From the NCBI GenBank assembly GCA_022769185.1, contig JALEKG010000029.1, positions 14,113-78,112 on the forward strand: 64,000 bases of DNA, read 5' to 3'. Positions 46,889-58,038 of the stretch are shown here, piece after piece (position 1 is the first letter of the stretch; each line of letters begins with the position of its first letter). The notes below the pieces were generated by a model, which saw nothing but the letters and a program-made list of their open reading frames with translations, did no database searches and was not told where the DNA came from. This DNA is from Dorea sp. GTDB lineage: Bacteria; Bacillota; Clostridia; Lachnospirales; Lachnospiraceae. The position numbers were made by a program, and so were the translations under genes.

Positions 46889-48568
46889 ATGCAGTTAACA
46901 GGAGCAGAAATCGTAATCGAATGCTTAAAAGAGCAGGGCGTGGATACGGTATTTGGGTATCCGGGCGGAGCGATTTTGAATGTATACGATGAATTATATA
47001 AACACAGTGATGAGATTACACATATCCTGACTTCTCATGAGCAGGGCGCTGCACATGCAGCAGACGGATATGCAAGAGCAACGGGAAAAGTAGGGGTATG
47101 CCTGGCTACCAGTGGACCTGGAGCAACTAACCTTGTTACTGGAATCGCCACAGCATATATGGATTCTATTCCAATTGTTGCAATTACTTGTAATGTCGGC
47201 GTCTCTCTTCTTGGAAAAGACAGTTTCCAGGAAATTGATATTTCTGGAATCACGATGCCGATTACAAAACATAACTATATTGTAAAAGATGTAAATCAGC
47301 TGGCAGATACCATTCGCAAAGCATTTGTGATTGCCAAAAAAGGCAGACCAGGACCGGTGCTGATTGATATTCCCAAGGATGTAACAGCTAATAAGGCTGA
47401 GTATATGAAATCGGATATCTCTCAGGTCCTTCCATCACAGGATATCTGTGAAGCGGATATTCTGTCTGCATTGAAGATGATTAAGGATGCAAAAAAACCA
47501 TATATTTTTGTCGGCGGCGGTGCGGTATTGTCTGATGCCAGTAAAGAACTATATACATTTGTGAAAAAAGTAGATGCACCAGTTACCGATTCATTAATGG
47601 GAAAAGGTGCATTTCCAGGTACGGATCCGTTATATACGGGAATGCTTGGAATGCATGGTACTAAGACCTCAAACTATGGTGTTAGTGAATGCGATCTTCT
47701 GATTGTAGTCGGAGCGAGATTCAGTGATCGTGTAACAGGAAATGCAAAAAAATTTGCAAAGAATGCTAAGATTCTGCAGATTGATGTGGATGTAGCTGAG
47801 ATGAACAAGAATGTGTTGATCACAGAAGGAGTTGTAGGAGATATCAAGGTTGTGCTTGAAATCCTCAATCAGCGTCTGGAGCAGCAAAACCATCCGGAAT
47901 GGATTGAGAAGATCATGGCATATAAAGAAAAATACCCGTTATCTTATCATCCGGATGTTTTGACAGGTCCGTATGTGGTAGAAGAGATTTATCGTCAGAC
48001 AAGAGGAGATGCGATTATCGTAACCGAAGTAGGACAGCATCAGATGTGGGCAGCACAATACTATAAATATACAAAACCGAGAACGTTACTGACTTCAGGT
48101 GGACTTGGAACGATGGGGTATGGACTTGGTGCTTCCCTTGGGGCAAAGGTTGGAAAACCTGATAAGACAGTCGTTAATATAGCAGGTGACGGATGTTTCC
48201 GTATGAATATGAATGAAATTGCTACTGCAGTACGTCACAATATTCCTGTGATTCAGGTGGTTATTAATAACCATGTGTTAGGAATGGTCCGCCAGTGGCA
48301 GAATCTGTTCTATGGACAGCGTTACTCAGCAACGGTACTGAATGATGCCGTAGATTTTGTAAAACTTGCAGAGGCTATGGGAGCAGAAGGTGTCCGTGTG
48401 ACTACCCAGGAAGAATTTCAGCAGGCGTTTGCCAGAGCACTTACTTTAGGTAAGCCGATTGTTATTGACTGTCAGATTGACAGTGATGATAAGGTATGGC
48501 CGATGGTGGCACCAGGTGCGCCAATCAATGAAGCGTTTGATGAAAAGGACCTGGAAGACAGAAAATAA
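46889..48568 (+). CDS. ilvB: acetolactate synthase, large (catalytic) subunit
   Basis: ThDP enzyme (GYPGGAIL.., GLGTMGYGLGASLGAK, GDGCFRMN); 559 aa. No small-subunit gene follows. Confidence 0.92.
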   Translation: MQLTGAEIVIECLKEQGVDTVFGYPGGAILNVYDELYKHSDEITHILTSHEQGAAHAADGYARATGKVGVCLATSGPGATNLVTGIATAYMDSIPIVAITCNVGVSLLGKDSFQEIDISGITMPITKHNYIVKDVNQLADTIRKAFVIAKKGRPGPVLIDIPKDVTANKAEYMKSDISQVLPSQDICEADILSALKMIKDAKKPYIFVGGGAVLSDASKELYTFVKKVDAPVTDSLMGKGAFPGTDPLYTGMLGMHGTKTSNYGVSECDLLIVVGARFSDRVTGNAKKFAKNAKILQIDVDVAEMNKNVLITEGVVGDIKVVLEILNQRLEQQNHPEWIEKIMAYKEKYPLSYHPDVLTGPYVVEEIYRQTRGDAIIVTEVGQHQMWAAQYYKYTKPRTLLTSGGLGTMGYGLGASLGAKVGKPDKTVVNIAGDGCFRMNMNEIATAVRHNIPVIQVVINNHVLGMVRQWQNLFYGQRYSATVLNDAVDFVKLAEAMGAEGVRVTTQEEFQQAFARALTLGKPIVIDCQIDSDDKVWPMVAPGAPINEAFDEKDLEDRK

Positions 48569-48597
48569 TAACAACGAAGGAAAGTGGAGGAACAACA

Positions 48598-49680
48598 ATG
48601 AGCAGAGTGTACAATTTCTCAGCAGGACCGGCAGTATTGCCAGAAGAAGTGTTAAAAGAAGCAGCAGAAGAGATGCTGGACTATAAAGGAACCGGCATGT
48701 CCGTAATGGAAATGAGTCACCGCTCGCAGGCGTTTAAAGAAATTATTGAGACTGCAGAAGCTGATATCCGTGAACTGATGAATATTCCGGACAATTACAA
48801 GGTATTATTTCTTCAGGGAGGAGCATCTCAGCAATTTGCCATGATTCCTATGAACCTTATGAAGAATGGTGTAGCTGATTATATCGTAACCGGACAGTGG
48901 GCAAAAAAGGCGGCTGCTGAAGCAGAAAAATACGGCAAGGTAAATATTATTGCTTCTTCCGCAGATAAGACATTTTCTTATATTCCGGATTGCTCTGATC
49001 TCCCGGTATCAGATGATGCAGATTATGTTTATATCTGTGAGAATAATACAATTTATGGTACTAAATATAAAGAACTTCCAAATACAAAAGGAAAGACACT
49101 GGTAGCAGATGTATCTTCCTGCTTTCTGTCAGAGCCGGTTGATGTAACAAAGTATGGCGTTATCTATGGTGGAGTTCAGAAAAACGTAGGACCGGCCGGA
49201 ACAGTGATTGTGATTATTCGAGAAGATCTGATTTCTGATGATGTTCTTCCAGGTACACCGACAATGTTAAAATATAAGACTCACGCAGATGCAAACTCCT
49301 TATACAACACACCTCCGGCATATGGGATTTACATTTGTGGCAAAGTATTTAAATGGCTGAAAAAGCAGGGCGGGCTTGCGGTCATGAAAGAGAAAAATGA
49401 AAAGAAAGCGAAGATTTTATACGATTTTCTGGATCAGAGCAAATTGTTTAAAGGAACCGTTGTTCCGAAAGATCGTTCTCTCATGAACGTGCCGTTTGTG
49501 ACTGGAGACGCGGATTTGGATGCTAAATTTGTAAAAGAAGCAAAAGAAGCTGGATTTGAGAATCTGAAAGGACACCGTACTGTAGGAGGTATGCGTGCAA
49601 GTATATATAATGCGATGCCGATAGAAGGTGTTGAGAAGCTTGTTGAGTTTATGAAGAAATTCGAAGAGGAGAATCTGTAA
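48598..49680 (+). CDS. serC: phosphoserine aminotransferase
   Basis: N-terminus YNFSAGPAVLPEEVL and GGVQKNVGPAG (PLP Lys region); 360 aa. Confidence 0.93.
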   Translation: MSRVYNFSAGPAVLPEEVLKEAAEEMLDYKGTGMSVMEMSHRSQAFKEIIETAEADIRELMNIPDNYKVLFLQGGASQQFAMIPMNLMKNGVADYIVTGQWAKKAAAEAEKYGKVNIIASSADKTFSYIPDCSDLPVSDDADYVYICENNTIYGTKYKELPNTKGKTLVADVSSCFLSEPVDVTKYGVIYGGVQKNVGPAGTVIVIIREDLISDDVLPGTPTMLKYKTHADANSLYNTPPAYGIYICGKVFKWLKKQGGLAVMKEKNEKKAKILYDFLDQSKLFKGTVVPKDRSLMNVPFVTGDADLDAKFVKEAKEAGFENLKGHRTVGGMRASIYNAMPIEGVEKLVEFMKKFEEENL

Positions 49681-49682
49681 TC

Positions 49683-50846
49683 ATGTATAAATATCATTGT
49701 TTAAATCCGATCTCTGATGTAGGTTTGGAAGAATTTACAGAAGAATATGCTCCTGTCAGCACAGTAGAAAAAGCAGATGCCATTCTTGTAAGAAGCGCAG
49801 GAATGCATGAGATGGAATTTGCAGACGAATTAAAAGCTGTTGCAAGAGCAGGGGCAGGGGTAAATAATATTCCCCTGGAAAAATGTGCAGAAAAAGGTAT
49901 CGTAGTATTTAATACACCGGGAGCAAATGCGAATGGTGTAAAAGAGCTGGTTATTGCGGGTATGCTCCTCGCTTCCAGAGATATCATCGGAGGTATCGGC
50001 TGGGTACAGGAGAATGAAGAAGATGGTAACATTGCAAAAGATGCAGAAAAAGCAAAAAAAGCATTTGCCGGGTGTGAACTGAAAGGTAAAAAACTAGGGG
50101 TAATCGGGCTTGGTGCGATTGGCGTTTTGGTTGCTAATGCAGCAGATAATCTTGGAATGGATGTTTACGGATATGATCCGTATGTATCTGTTGATTCAGC
50201 ATGGAGACTTTCCAGAAATGTTCATCATACAACAAATGTAGATGAATTGTATGAAACTTGCGATTATATTACGATTCATGTTCCGGCAATGGACAGTACC
50301 AAAGGCATGATCAGTCGTGATGCAATTGGATTGATGAAAAAAGGAGTTGTTGTTCTGAATTTTGCCAGAAATGTACTGGTAGATGAAGAGGCTATGGTGG
50401 ATGCACTTGTATCTGGACAGGTAAAGCATTATGTGACGGATTTCCCGACTCCTGAGATTGCAGGCGTAAAAGGGGCGATTGTCATTCCGCATCTTGGCGC
50501 GTCAACTGTAGAGTCTGAAGATAACTGTGCAAAAATGGCAGTAAAAGAATTGATGGATTATCTGGAAAACGGAAATATTAAGAATTCTGTAAATTATCCG
50601 GATTGTGATATGGGACTTCGTGGTAATAAAACCAGATTACTTTTACTTCATCACAATGTTCCAAATATGATTGGACAATTTACAAAAATTCTGGCCAGAG
50701 ATAATATGAATATTGCAGATCTTACCAATAAGAGCAAAGGAAAGTATGCTTATACAATGATAGACATTGATTCAATTGTACCGGAAGGTGTGGCAGAAGA
50801 ATTAAGACAGGTTAATGATGTGTTAAGAGTTCGCGTCATTTCTTAA
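49683..50846 (+). CDS. serA: D-3-phosphoglycerate dehydrogenase (with C-terminal ACT-like domain)
   Basis: NAD motif GVIGLGAIGVLVA, catalytic region PHLGAST, serC-serA linkage. Confidence 0.9.
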   Translation: MYKYHCLNPISDVGLEEFTEEYAPVSTVEKADAILVRSAGMHEMEFADELKAVARAGAGVNNIPLEKCAEKGIVVFNTPGANANGVKELVIAGMLLASRDIIGGIGWVQENEEDGNIAKDAEKAKKAFAGCELKGKKLGVIGLGAIGVLVANAADNLGMDVYGYDPYVSVDSAWRLSRNVHHTTNVDELYETCDYITIHVPAMDSTKGMISRDAIGLMKKGVVVLNFARNVLVDEEAMVDALVSGQVKHYVTDFPTPEIAGVKGAIVIPHLGASTVESEDNCAKMAVKELMDYLENGNIKNSVNYPDCDMGLRGNKTRLLLLHHNVPNMIGQFTKILARDNMNIADLTNKSKGKYAYTMIDIDSIVPEGVAEELRQVNDVLRVRVIS

Positions 50847-50963
50847 ACCAAAATTAATAAAATAGTAAGATTACCTTAATTGCTTAATTTGTCAAATAAG
50901 AGTATGCTAGGCTACATAAAAGATATACATTATGGTCTTATGAAATGTAGGGGAGACATACAA

Positions 50964-52421
50964 ATGACAAGGAAACGACGGGGAATTGTAAAACACAAAA
51001 AAAGTATGAAAAGAGTAAGGACCATATCGAAAGTTCTTACTCTTTTTCTTGTAATCTGTATTGCAGGAGTAATGGCAAAAAGTATAATTAAGCTTTTTCA
51101 CAAGCCTGTCCAGTTAACGATTATAGCGGAAGATCAGGAAATTCTTCAGGGAGAAGAACTTCCAAAACTAACTGTTCAGGTAAAGGCAGAAGATAAGAAA
51201 GAAGATCAGTTGGATAAGATATTTCTGGATCAAAAGAAGACGTATTCAATAAATGAACTGATAGGCGATATCCGGCAGGGAAAAATATGTAAGATCATTT
51301 GTAATGCTGATCCAAATACGGAAGGGATTTATCCAATTAAAGTCGAATTGGAGAAGAAAGTAAAAGATAAGCTCGATGGAGAATGGAAAGGAAAAGTAAG
51401 ATTTTATGTAAAAGGCGGGAATTTGAAAGTAAAAAATTCAATCGGCAATTGGGAAAAGGATAGATTCAAAAAATATGATGGAACGTACGTAACAAATGGA
51501 TTCGTTCAGTCGAAAGGCCATAAATATTATCTGGACGGAGAGGGGAGAAAAGTAACCGGCTGGCAGATAATCGGAGAAGACAGATACCTGTTCGATGAGA
51601 ACGGAATATTACAGAAATCAAAATGGGAAGAAAAAGATGGATATAAGTATTATCTGGGAAATTCCGGAGCAGCATTGAAGGGCTGGCAGAGTATGGATGG
51701 TGGTGAATACTATTTTATGGAGGATGGTAAAATGGCAGTCGGCCAGGTTAAAATTGGACTTTCAGAATACACGTTTGATGAGAATGGGAAATTAGTTTCA
51801 AAAAGTGAAAAAAAGATTGATCCATCTAGCCCGATGGTTGCACTTACATTTGATGATGGTCCTGGATCAAGAACCATTGAATTGCTGGAACAGTTAAAAA
51901 AATATAATGCTCATGCTACATTTTTTATGCTGGGACAGAATGTTTCTTCGTATCCGGACACAATAAGACAGATGAAAGAAGCAGGATGTGAACTTGGTAA
52001 TCACTCCTATGATCATGCGAATCTGTCAAAAATGGATGCAAACGGGATCAAAAAAGAGGTAGGAGATACGAATTCCAGAATCAAGAGTATTGTAGGAGAA
52101 CAGGCAGAACTTATGAGACCACCTTATGGTGCTTTGAGTGATATACTCAGAGAAAGTGCAGGCATGCCAATGATCTTGTGGAATATTGATACTTTGGACT
52201 GGAAGACACGTAACGTTCAACAGACAATTGACAGTGTTATGGATCATGTAAAAGACGGGGACATTATTCTGATGCATGATATCTATAGCGAATCGATAGA
52301 TGCTGCGATAGAACTGATTCCGAAACTGGAGCAGGAAGGTTTTCAGTTGGTTACTGTTTCAGAAATGGCTGAAGCCAAAGGGCATAGTCTGGAAAATGGA
52401 AAAGTTTATACTGACTTTTAA
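50964..52421 (+). CDS. polysaccharide deacetylase (NodB domain) with cell-wall-binding repeats and an N-terminal membrane anchor
   Basis: NodB motifs TFDDGP and HSYDH; repeats GWQIIGEDRYLFDENG / GWQSMDGGEYYFMEDG. The ATG at 50964 follows GGGGAG (the track start at 50880 is a TTG). Confidence 0.85.
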   Translation: MTRKRRGIVKHKKSMKRVRTISKVLTLFLVICIAGVMAKSIIKLFHKPVQLTIIAEDQEILQGEELPKLTVQVKAEDKKEDQLDKIFLDQKKTYSINELIGDIRQGKICKIICNADPNTEGIYPIKVELEKKVKDKLDGEWKGKVRFYVKGGNLKVKNSIGNWEKDRFKKYDGTYVTNGFVQSKGHKYYLDGEGRKVTGWQIIGEDRYLFDENGILQKSKWEEKDGYKYYLGNSGAALKGWQSMDGGEYYFMEDGKMAVGQVKIGLSEYTFDENGKLVSKSEKKIDPSSPMVALTFDDGPGSRTIELLEQLKKYNAHATFFMLGQNVSSYPDTIRQMKEAGCELGNHSYDHANLSKMDANGIKKEVGDTNSRIKSIVGEQAELMRPPYGALSDILRESAGMPMILWNIDTLDWKTRNVQQTIDSVMDHVKDGDIILMHDIYSESIDAAIELIPKLEQEGFQLVTVSEMAEAKGHSLENGKVYTDF

Positions 52422-52424
52422 AAG

Positions 52425-52464
52425 AAAACCTCCTTCAGCGGAAGAAATTGCTGAAGGAGGTTTT
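52425..52464. terminator. bidirectional terminator between the deacetylase gene (+) and prs (-)
   Basis: aaaacctccttcagc / gctgaaggaggtttt, a perfect 15-bp stem. Confidence 0.8.
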
Positions 52465-52508
52465 ATATCTTAGCTTACAAGGGAAATTATCGGTAGCTTG
52501 AAAGCATT

Positions 52509-53684
52509 TTATCTGTTTTGTCTGTGTTCATCCAGAAGTCTGTGGATTTTTTCTGTAGGGTCGAGAACACGTCCGATCGTAATATCGTGATTGAAAGAGT
52601 CAATGATCAATGCAATAAATTTACTCATATCAGCAACAACAAAATAAGGTTTTTCTTTTGTGACCGGTGGAAGGTAGGTCAGATTAGTAGTAATCACACG
52701 ATCAATATAACCTTTATTATAGTATTCATCAAATTTATCAAATCCTTCTGTAAATAAACCAAAGCAGGTGCAGACAAATACGCGGTCTGCTCCGCGCTCT
52801 TTGATCTGTTTTGCAACATCAAGCATACTTTCGCCGGAAGAAATCATATCATCAACGATGATGACGTCTTTTCCATCAATCTGATCCCCAAGAAATTCGT
52901 GTGCAACGATAGGATTTTTACCATTAATGACAGTTGAATAATCTCTTCGTTTATAAAACATACCCATGTTGACACCAAGTACATTTGAAAAATATACAGC
53001 TCGATGCATGGCACCTTCATCCGGGCTTACAATCATAAGATGATCTTTGTCTACCTGAAGATCAGGTTCGGCTTTTAAAAGTGCTTTCATAAACTGATAA
53101 GGTGGATTGAAATTATCGAATCCATGCAGAGGAATAGAATTCTGTACACGTGGGTCATGCGCATCAAAAGTGATGATGTTGCTGACACCCATGTCAACTA
53201 ATTCCTGAAGTGCAAGAGCACTGTCAAGAGATTCTCTTTTGGTACGTTTATGCTGACGGCTTTCATATAGAAATGGCATGATGATATTCAGCCGGTGGGC
53301 TTTTCCGTTTGCAGCAGAAATAATACGTTTCAGATCTTGGAAATGATCATCCGGAGACATATGATTCAGATGTCCGTTGACAGTATAGGTCAGACTATAG
53401 TTACACACATCTACCATCAGAAAGAGGTCTGTCCCACGGATGGATTCTGTTAAAAGACCTTTTGCTTCTCCAGAACCAAAACGTGGACAAGGACAGTCGA
53501 TCAGGTAGTTATCTCTCTGATAATTATAAAAAAGAGGAGAATCCAGAGATTCCTTTTCTGTTTCTTGTCTGAACTGGACGATATAATCATTCACTTTTTC
53601 TCCAAGTTCCCGGCAGGATTCAAGAGCACCGATTTTTAAGGGCGCAACCGGAAGTGCTGATTCCATTAATTTGATATTTGGCAT
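52509..53684 (-). CDS. prs: ribose-phosphate diphosphokinase family protein (long form, 391 aa)
   Basis: PRPP-binding loop VIIVDDMISSGES and the Prs N-terminal domain pattern. AGGAG RBS. Confidence 0.85.
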   Translation of the reverse strand: MPNIKLMESALPVAPLKIGALESCRELGEKVNDYIVQFRQETEKESLDSPLFYNYQRDNYLIDCPCPRFGSGEAKGLLTESIRGTDLFLMVDVCNYSLTYTVNGHLNHMSPDDHFQDLKRIISAANGKAHRLNIIMPFLYESRQHKRTKRESLDSALALQELVDMGVSNIITFDAHDPRVQNSIPLHGFDNFNPPYQFMKALLKAEPDLQVDKDHLMIVSPDEGAMHRAVYFSNVLGVNMGMFYKRRDYSTVINGKNPIVAHEFLGDQIDGKDVIIVDDMISSGESMLDVAKQIKERGADRVFVCTCFGLFTEGFDKFDEYYNKGYIDRVITTNLTYLPPVTKEKPYFVVADMSKFIALIIDSFNHDITIGRVLDPTEKIHRLLDEHRQNR

Positions 53685-53843
53685 GATATAATCTCCTGTA
53701 TTTATTATTTTGTAATGCGTTCTTAATTATTTATATCACTTTTTCTATAAAAAGGTCAACTACTGATTGGACTATTTGGGAAAGGTAATGTATAATATAA
53801 GAGTTAGATAAAAAATTATGAATGAAAATAGAGGAGAATTAGA

Positions 53844-55172
53844 ATGAGTAAACCAGTAGTTGCTATTGTTGGAAGACCGAATGTCGGAAAATCCACCTTG
53901 TTTAATGCACTGGCGGGTGAGATGATATCGATCGTAAAAGATACGCCTGGAGTGACCAGGGATCGTATCTATGCGGATGTCACCTGGCTGGATAAAGAAT
54001 TTACATTGATTGATACAGGAGGGATCGAACCGGAAAGTAAAGATATTATTCTTTCACAGATGAGGGAGCAGGCACAGATTGCTATTGATACTGCAGATGT
54101 CATTATCTTTATTACGGATGTAAGACAAGGACTGGTAGATGCAGATTCGAAAGTTGCGGACATGCTCAGAAGATCCGGAAAACCAATTGTGCTTACAGTG
54201 AATAAAGTGGATAATTTTGATAAGTTTATGCCGGATGTGTATGAATTTTATAATCTGGGAATCGGAGATCCTTCACCTATATCTGCGGCTTCTCGCCTGG
54301 GAATTGGAGATATGCTGGATAGGGTGATTGAATATTTTCCGGAACATGATGGTGAAGAGGAAGAAGATGAGCGTCCAAGGATTGCAATTGTAGGAAAACC
54401 GAATGTCGGGAAATCTTCTATTATTAATAAACTTCTGGGAGAACAGCGAGTAATTGTATCAGATATTGCAGGGACAACCAGAGATGCAATTGATACAGAT
54501 ATTGTGCATGACGGAAAGGAATATGTATTTATCGATACCGCTGGTTTACGAAGAAAAAATAAGATTAAAGAGGAACTGGAACGGTACAGTATTATCCGTA
54601 CTGTTACGGCAGTAGAGCGTGCGGATGTAGTTCTTGTAGTAATTGATGCGACACAGGGTGTAACAGAGCAGGATGCCAAGATCGCAGGGATTGCGCATGA
54701 ACGCGGAAAAGGGATTATTGTTGTAGTAAATAAATGGGATGCCATTGAAAAAAATGATAAGACAATGCGGGAATATGAAAATGAGGTCCGCAGGGTATTA
54801 TCATTTATGACGTATGCGGAGATTATGTATGTTTCCGCAGAAACAGGGCAGCGTCTGAACAAATTATACGATATGATAGATATGGTGATTGAAAACCAGA
54901 CGATGCGAGTGGCAACCGGTGTGTTAAATGAGATTATGACCGAAGCAGTTGCAATGCAGCAGCCTCCGTCAGATAAAGGAAAGAGACTGAAGCTTTATTA
55001 TATGACGCAGGTGTCTGTAAAACCACCATCATTCGTTATTTTTGTAAATGATAAAGAATTGATGCATTTTTCCTATACCAGATACCTGGAAAATAAAATT
55101 CGTGAAGCATTCGGTTTCCGCGGAACAGCTCTGAAGTTTTTTATCAGGGAGAGAAAGGAAAAGGACAATTAG
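53844..55172 (+). CDS. der: ribosome-biogenesis GTPase Der (EngA)
   Basis: Two G domains (GRPNVGKST; GKPNVGKSS) plus a KH-like C-terminus. Confidence 0.95.
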   Translation: MSKPVVAIVGRPNVGKSTLFNALAGEMISIVKDTPGVTRDRIYADVTWLDKEFTLIDTGGIEPESKDIILSQMREQAQIAIDTADVIIFITDVRQGLVDADSKVADMLRRSGKPIVLTVNKVDNFDKFMPDVYEFYNLGIGDPSPISAASRLGIGDMLDRVIEYFPEHDGEEEEDERPRIAIVGKPNVGKSSIINKLLGEQRVIVSDIAGTTRDAIDTDIVHDGKEYVFIDTAGLRRKNKIKEELERYSIIRTVTAVERADVVLVVIDATQGVTEQDAKIAGIAHERGKGIIVVVNKWDAIEKNDKTMREYENEVRRVLSFMTYAEIMYVSAETGQRLNKLYDMIDMVIENQTMRVATGVLNEIMTEAVAMQQPPSDKGKRLKLYYMTQVSVKPPSFVIFVNDKELMHFSYTRYLENKIREAFGFRGTALKFFIRERKEKDN

Positions 55173-55174
55173 TT

Positions 55175-55822
55175 ATGGAACGTCTTATATGTGTGATAAT
55201 CGGATATGCGTTTGGACTGATACAGACCGGGTATATTTACGGAAAAAAACAGGGAGTAGATATCAGAAAAAAAGGAAGTGGAAATGCAGGAACGACAAAT
55301 GCACTCAGAACAATGGGGTGGAAAGCAGGGCTTGTCACATTACTTGGCGACTGCTTTAAGTGCGTGTTTGCTGTTGTGATTGTCCATATAATTTATGGAA
55401 AGAGCCATGCAGATATGCTTCCGTTACTGTCTATGTATGCAGGTATGGGAGCAGTTCTTGGACATAATTATCCGTTTTATCTGAAGTTTAAAGGTGGGAA
55501 AGGAATTGCTGCCACGGCGGGCTTGATTTTAAGTACGACAAATGTCTGGATCGTATTGATCTGTCTTGTAACATTTCTTTTGATTGTAGGAGTGACAAGA
55601 TATGTTTCATTGGGCTCTTTAACGGTTGTGATTATTTATCTGGTCAGCGTGATTGTATATGGTCAGATGGGGGGATTTGGAATCACCAATCCAGTATATT
55701 TGTATGAAATGTATGCTATTGCGGCATTTTTAATGATATCAGCATTTTATAAGCATAAAGAAAATATTAAAAGATTATTATCTGGCACGGAAAATAAGAT
55801 CAGTGTCGGAAAAAGTAAATAA
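55175..55822 (+). CDS. plsY: glycerol-3-phosphate acyltransferase PlsY
   Basis: GSGNAGTTN and FKGGKG motifs; polytopic; 215 aa. Confidence 0.93.
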   Translation: MERLICVIIGYAFGLIQTGYIYGKKQGVDIRKKGSGNAGTTNALRTMGWKAGLVTLLGDCFKCVFAVVIVHIIYGKSHADMLPLLSMYAGMGAVLGHNYPFYLKFKGGKGIAATAGLILSTTNVWIVLICLVTFLLIVGVTRYVSLGSLTVVIIYLVSVIVYGQMGGFGITNPVYLYEMYAIAAFLMISAFYKHKENIKRLLSGTENKISVGKSK

Positions 55823-55837
55823 AAAGAAAGGAAACAA

Positions 55838-56857
55838 ATGATTATGGCAAATGTAGGCATTATGGGAGCAGGCAGCTGGGGAACTGCACTGGCGGTATTG
55901 CTTCACAAAAACAATCATCAGGTAACAGTTTGGTCCATTAATGAGGACGAAGTACAGATGCTTTCAGAAAAAAGGGAGCATACCAGTAAGCTTCCAGGAG
56001 TGAAACTGCCGGATGATATGATTATTACGTCTGATATGGAATCTGCAATTCATGGAAAAGATTTTATTGTATTAGCGGTACCGTCACCTTATACCAGAAG
56101 TACGGCTCGTAATATGAAATCATATGTAGCTGAAGGGCAGATTATCGTGGATGTGGCAAAAGGAATAGAAGAGGATACTCTGATGACATTGTCTCAACAG
56201 ATCAGGGAAGAAATTCCGCAGGCAGATGTAGCTGTTTTGTCAGGGCCAAGTCATGCAGAAGAAGTTGGAAGAGGTCTTCCGACTACTGTATGTATCGGGG
56301 CAAGAACAGAAAAGACTGCCAAGTATCTTCAGGACATGTTTATGAATGAGGTGTTCCGTGTATATACCAGTCCGGATATGCTTGGAATGGAACTGGGAGG
56401 TTCTTTAAAGAATGTAATTGCTTTGGCTGCGGGAATAGCGGATGGATTGGGGTATGGAGATAACACAAAAGCCGCTCTGATCACAAGAGGAATAGCTGAA
56501 ATTTCAAGGCTTGGAGTAAAAATGGGTGGCGCAATTGAAACTTTTAATGGACTTGCAGGAATTGGGGATCTGATTGTAACCTGCGCCAGCGTCCATAGTC
56601 GTAACAGGAAAGCCGGTTATCTCATGGGACAGGGGAAATCCATGAAGGAAGCTATGGATGAAGTTCAGATGGTTGTTGAAGGAGTATATTCTGCAAAGGC
56701 TGCAGCAAAGCTTGGAAAAAAATACAATGTATCTCTTCCGATCATTGATAAGGTAAATGAGATCCTATTTGAAGGGAAAAATCCGAAAGAAGCAGTGAAT
56801 GAATTGATGCTTCGTGACAGCAAGGCGGAACATATGGCACTCCCATGGAAAGAGTAG
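55838..56857 (+). CDS. gpsA: NAD(P)H-dependent glycerol-3-phosphate dehydrogenase
   Basis: GAGSWGTALA and GSLKNV motifs. The der-plsY-gpsA order matches other Firmicutes. Confidence 0.93.
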   Translation: MIMANVGIMGAGSWGTALAVLLHKNNHQVTVWSINEDEVQMLSEKREHTSKLPGVKLPDDMIITSDMESAIHGKDFIVLAVPSPYTRSTARNMKSYVAEGQIIVDVAKGIEEDTLMTLSQQIREEIPQADVAVLSGPSHAEEVGRGLPTTVCIGARTEKTAKYLQDMFMNEVFRVYTSPDMLGMELGGSLKNVIALAAGIADGLGYGDNTKAALITRGIAEISRLGVKMGGAIETFNGLAGIGDLIVTCASVHSRNRKAGYLMGQGKSMKEAMDEVQMVVEGVYSAKAAAKLGKKYNVSLPIIDKVNEILFEGKNPKEAVNELMLRDSKAEHMALPWKE

Positions 56858-56877
56858 ACATTTTTAGAATAAGAAAG

Positions 56878-56908
56878 ACGGGATATCACTTGCTGATATC
56901 CCGTTGTT
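56878..56908 (+). terminator. intrinsic terminator after gpsA
   Basis: acgggatatca / tgatatcccgt, an 11-bp stem, then ttgtt. Confidence 0.75.
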
Positions 56909-56922
56909 ATACTTGAATATGT

Positions 56923-56951
56923 GAGACGGTCTGTAATGAACAGTCCGTCTC
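56923..56951 (-). terminator. hairpin downstream of the LysR gene (putative terminator)
   Basis: gagacgg(t)ctg ... cag(t)ccgtctc. No clear U-tract. Confidence 0.4.
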
Positions 56952-56969
56952 GCGTTCGATTTGATAGAA

Positions 56970-57857
56970 TTACAGATTAGCATGTTCGGTTACATATTTT
57001 TTGAAATCCATGATAACCGGTGCCTGGTATATATTTTTTAGTGTTGCCATGTAAAAGAGTCGTTCCCATGAAACATTTTCTATTTCTATTACTTTAAGTG
57101 GCATATAGTTTAAAATCGGCATATTTGGTACTATGGCAATACCAAAGCCTGCACCTACCAATCCGGCAATACCCTGATCTTCTTCCATGGAGTATGCAAT
57201 CGTTGGATGACTTCCGTTTTGCTCAAAAAGATTGTCGATGACTGAACGGAGTTCGCTGCCTTCCGAATAAACGATATAAGGATAAGCAAGCGTTTTGCTC
57301 AAATCGATTGTTTTGTATTTATTGAGTGGATGATCGTTCGGTACAATCAAGACCAGTTTTTGTCGAGAGATAGGAATGAAGTCAATCATAGGCTCATTTT
57401 CCATCATAGAACAAAAAGCAATATCATATTTTCGATCTTTTAATCCCTGTATCATGTCTGGTGTTAAATCTGTAGAGCTGTGAAAATAAAAGTCAATCTT
57501 TTTATCTGGTCTGGAATTAAGAAAGCCCTTGACAAAGGTTGGAACAACGTCACAGCTTAAGGTGCGAAGTTGTACAATATCAACGCGGCCTTCTCCGTTT
57601 CCGGTCATCTGAAGTTTATTCACACTTGAATCTAACATACTTAATGCCTGTTCAACGTCTGTCAGAAATGCCTGTCCACATTTAGTTAATGCAACATTTC
57701 GCCCGTCTTTTTCAAACAGTTTGACCCCAAGTTCTTTTTCAAGGGAAGCAATTGCATGGCTTAAACTAGGCTGTGTAATTGCAAGTATCTCTGCAGCTTT
57801 TGTATAATGCTCCAGATGAGCCAATGTTACAAAATATCTCAGATGATACAGATTCAT
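56970..57857 (-). CDS. LysR-family transcriptional regulator
   Basis: N-terminal wHTH (LRYFVTLAHLEHYTKAAEILAITQPSLSHAIASLEKELG) plus a substrate-binding domain; 295 aa. Confidence 0.88.
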   Translation of the reverse strand: MNLYHLRYFVTLAHLEHYTKAAEILAITQPSLSHAIASLEKELGVKLFEKDGRNVALTKCGQAFLTDVEQALSMLDSSVNKLQMTGNGEGRVDIVQLRTLSCDVVPTFVKGFLNSRPDKKIDFYFHSSTDLTPDMIQGLKDRKYDIAFCSMMENEPMIDFIPISRQKLVLIVPNDHPLNKYKTIDLSKTLAYPYIVYSEGSELRSVIDNLFEQNGSHPTIAYSMEEDQGIAGLVGAGFGIAIVPNMPILNYMPLKVIEIENVSWERLFYMATLKNIYQAPVIMDFKKYVTEHANL

Positions 57858-58038
57858 AAAGCCGGCCCCCTTTCTTCAATTGTATTAATTTCTATACAAT
57901 ATCTTACCATGAACACTGAATAAATTCCTATGAATAAAATCTATAGATTTGGTCATTTTTTAAAAAAATAAAAAATCTGTTCTAGAAAGAGGAAATTTTG
58001 GCATATATTTTAACAGCATATGCGGAAGGGGAAGGAAC

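Noticed and set aside
57858-58038. Sigma-E-type promoter upstream of spoIVA (catata...catatg motifs near 58000-58025).
   Set aside because: The spacing between the ATA-rich -35-like and CATA-type -10-like elements does not fit the consensus I recall (about 14 nt), so I do not call it.
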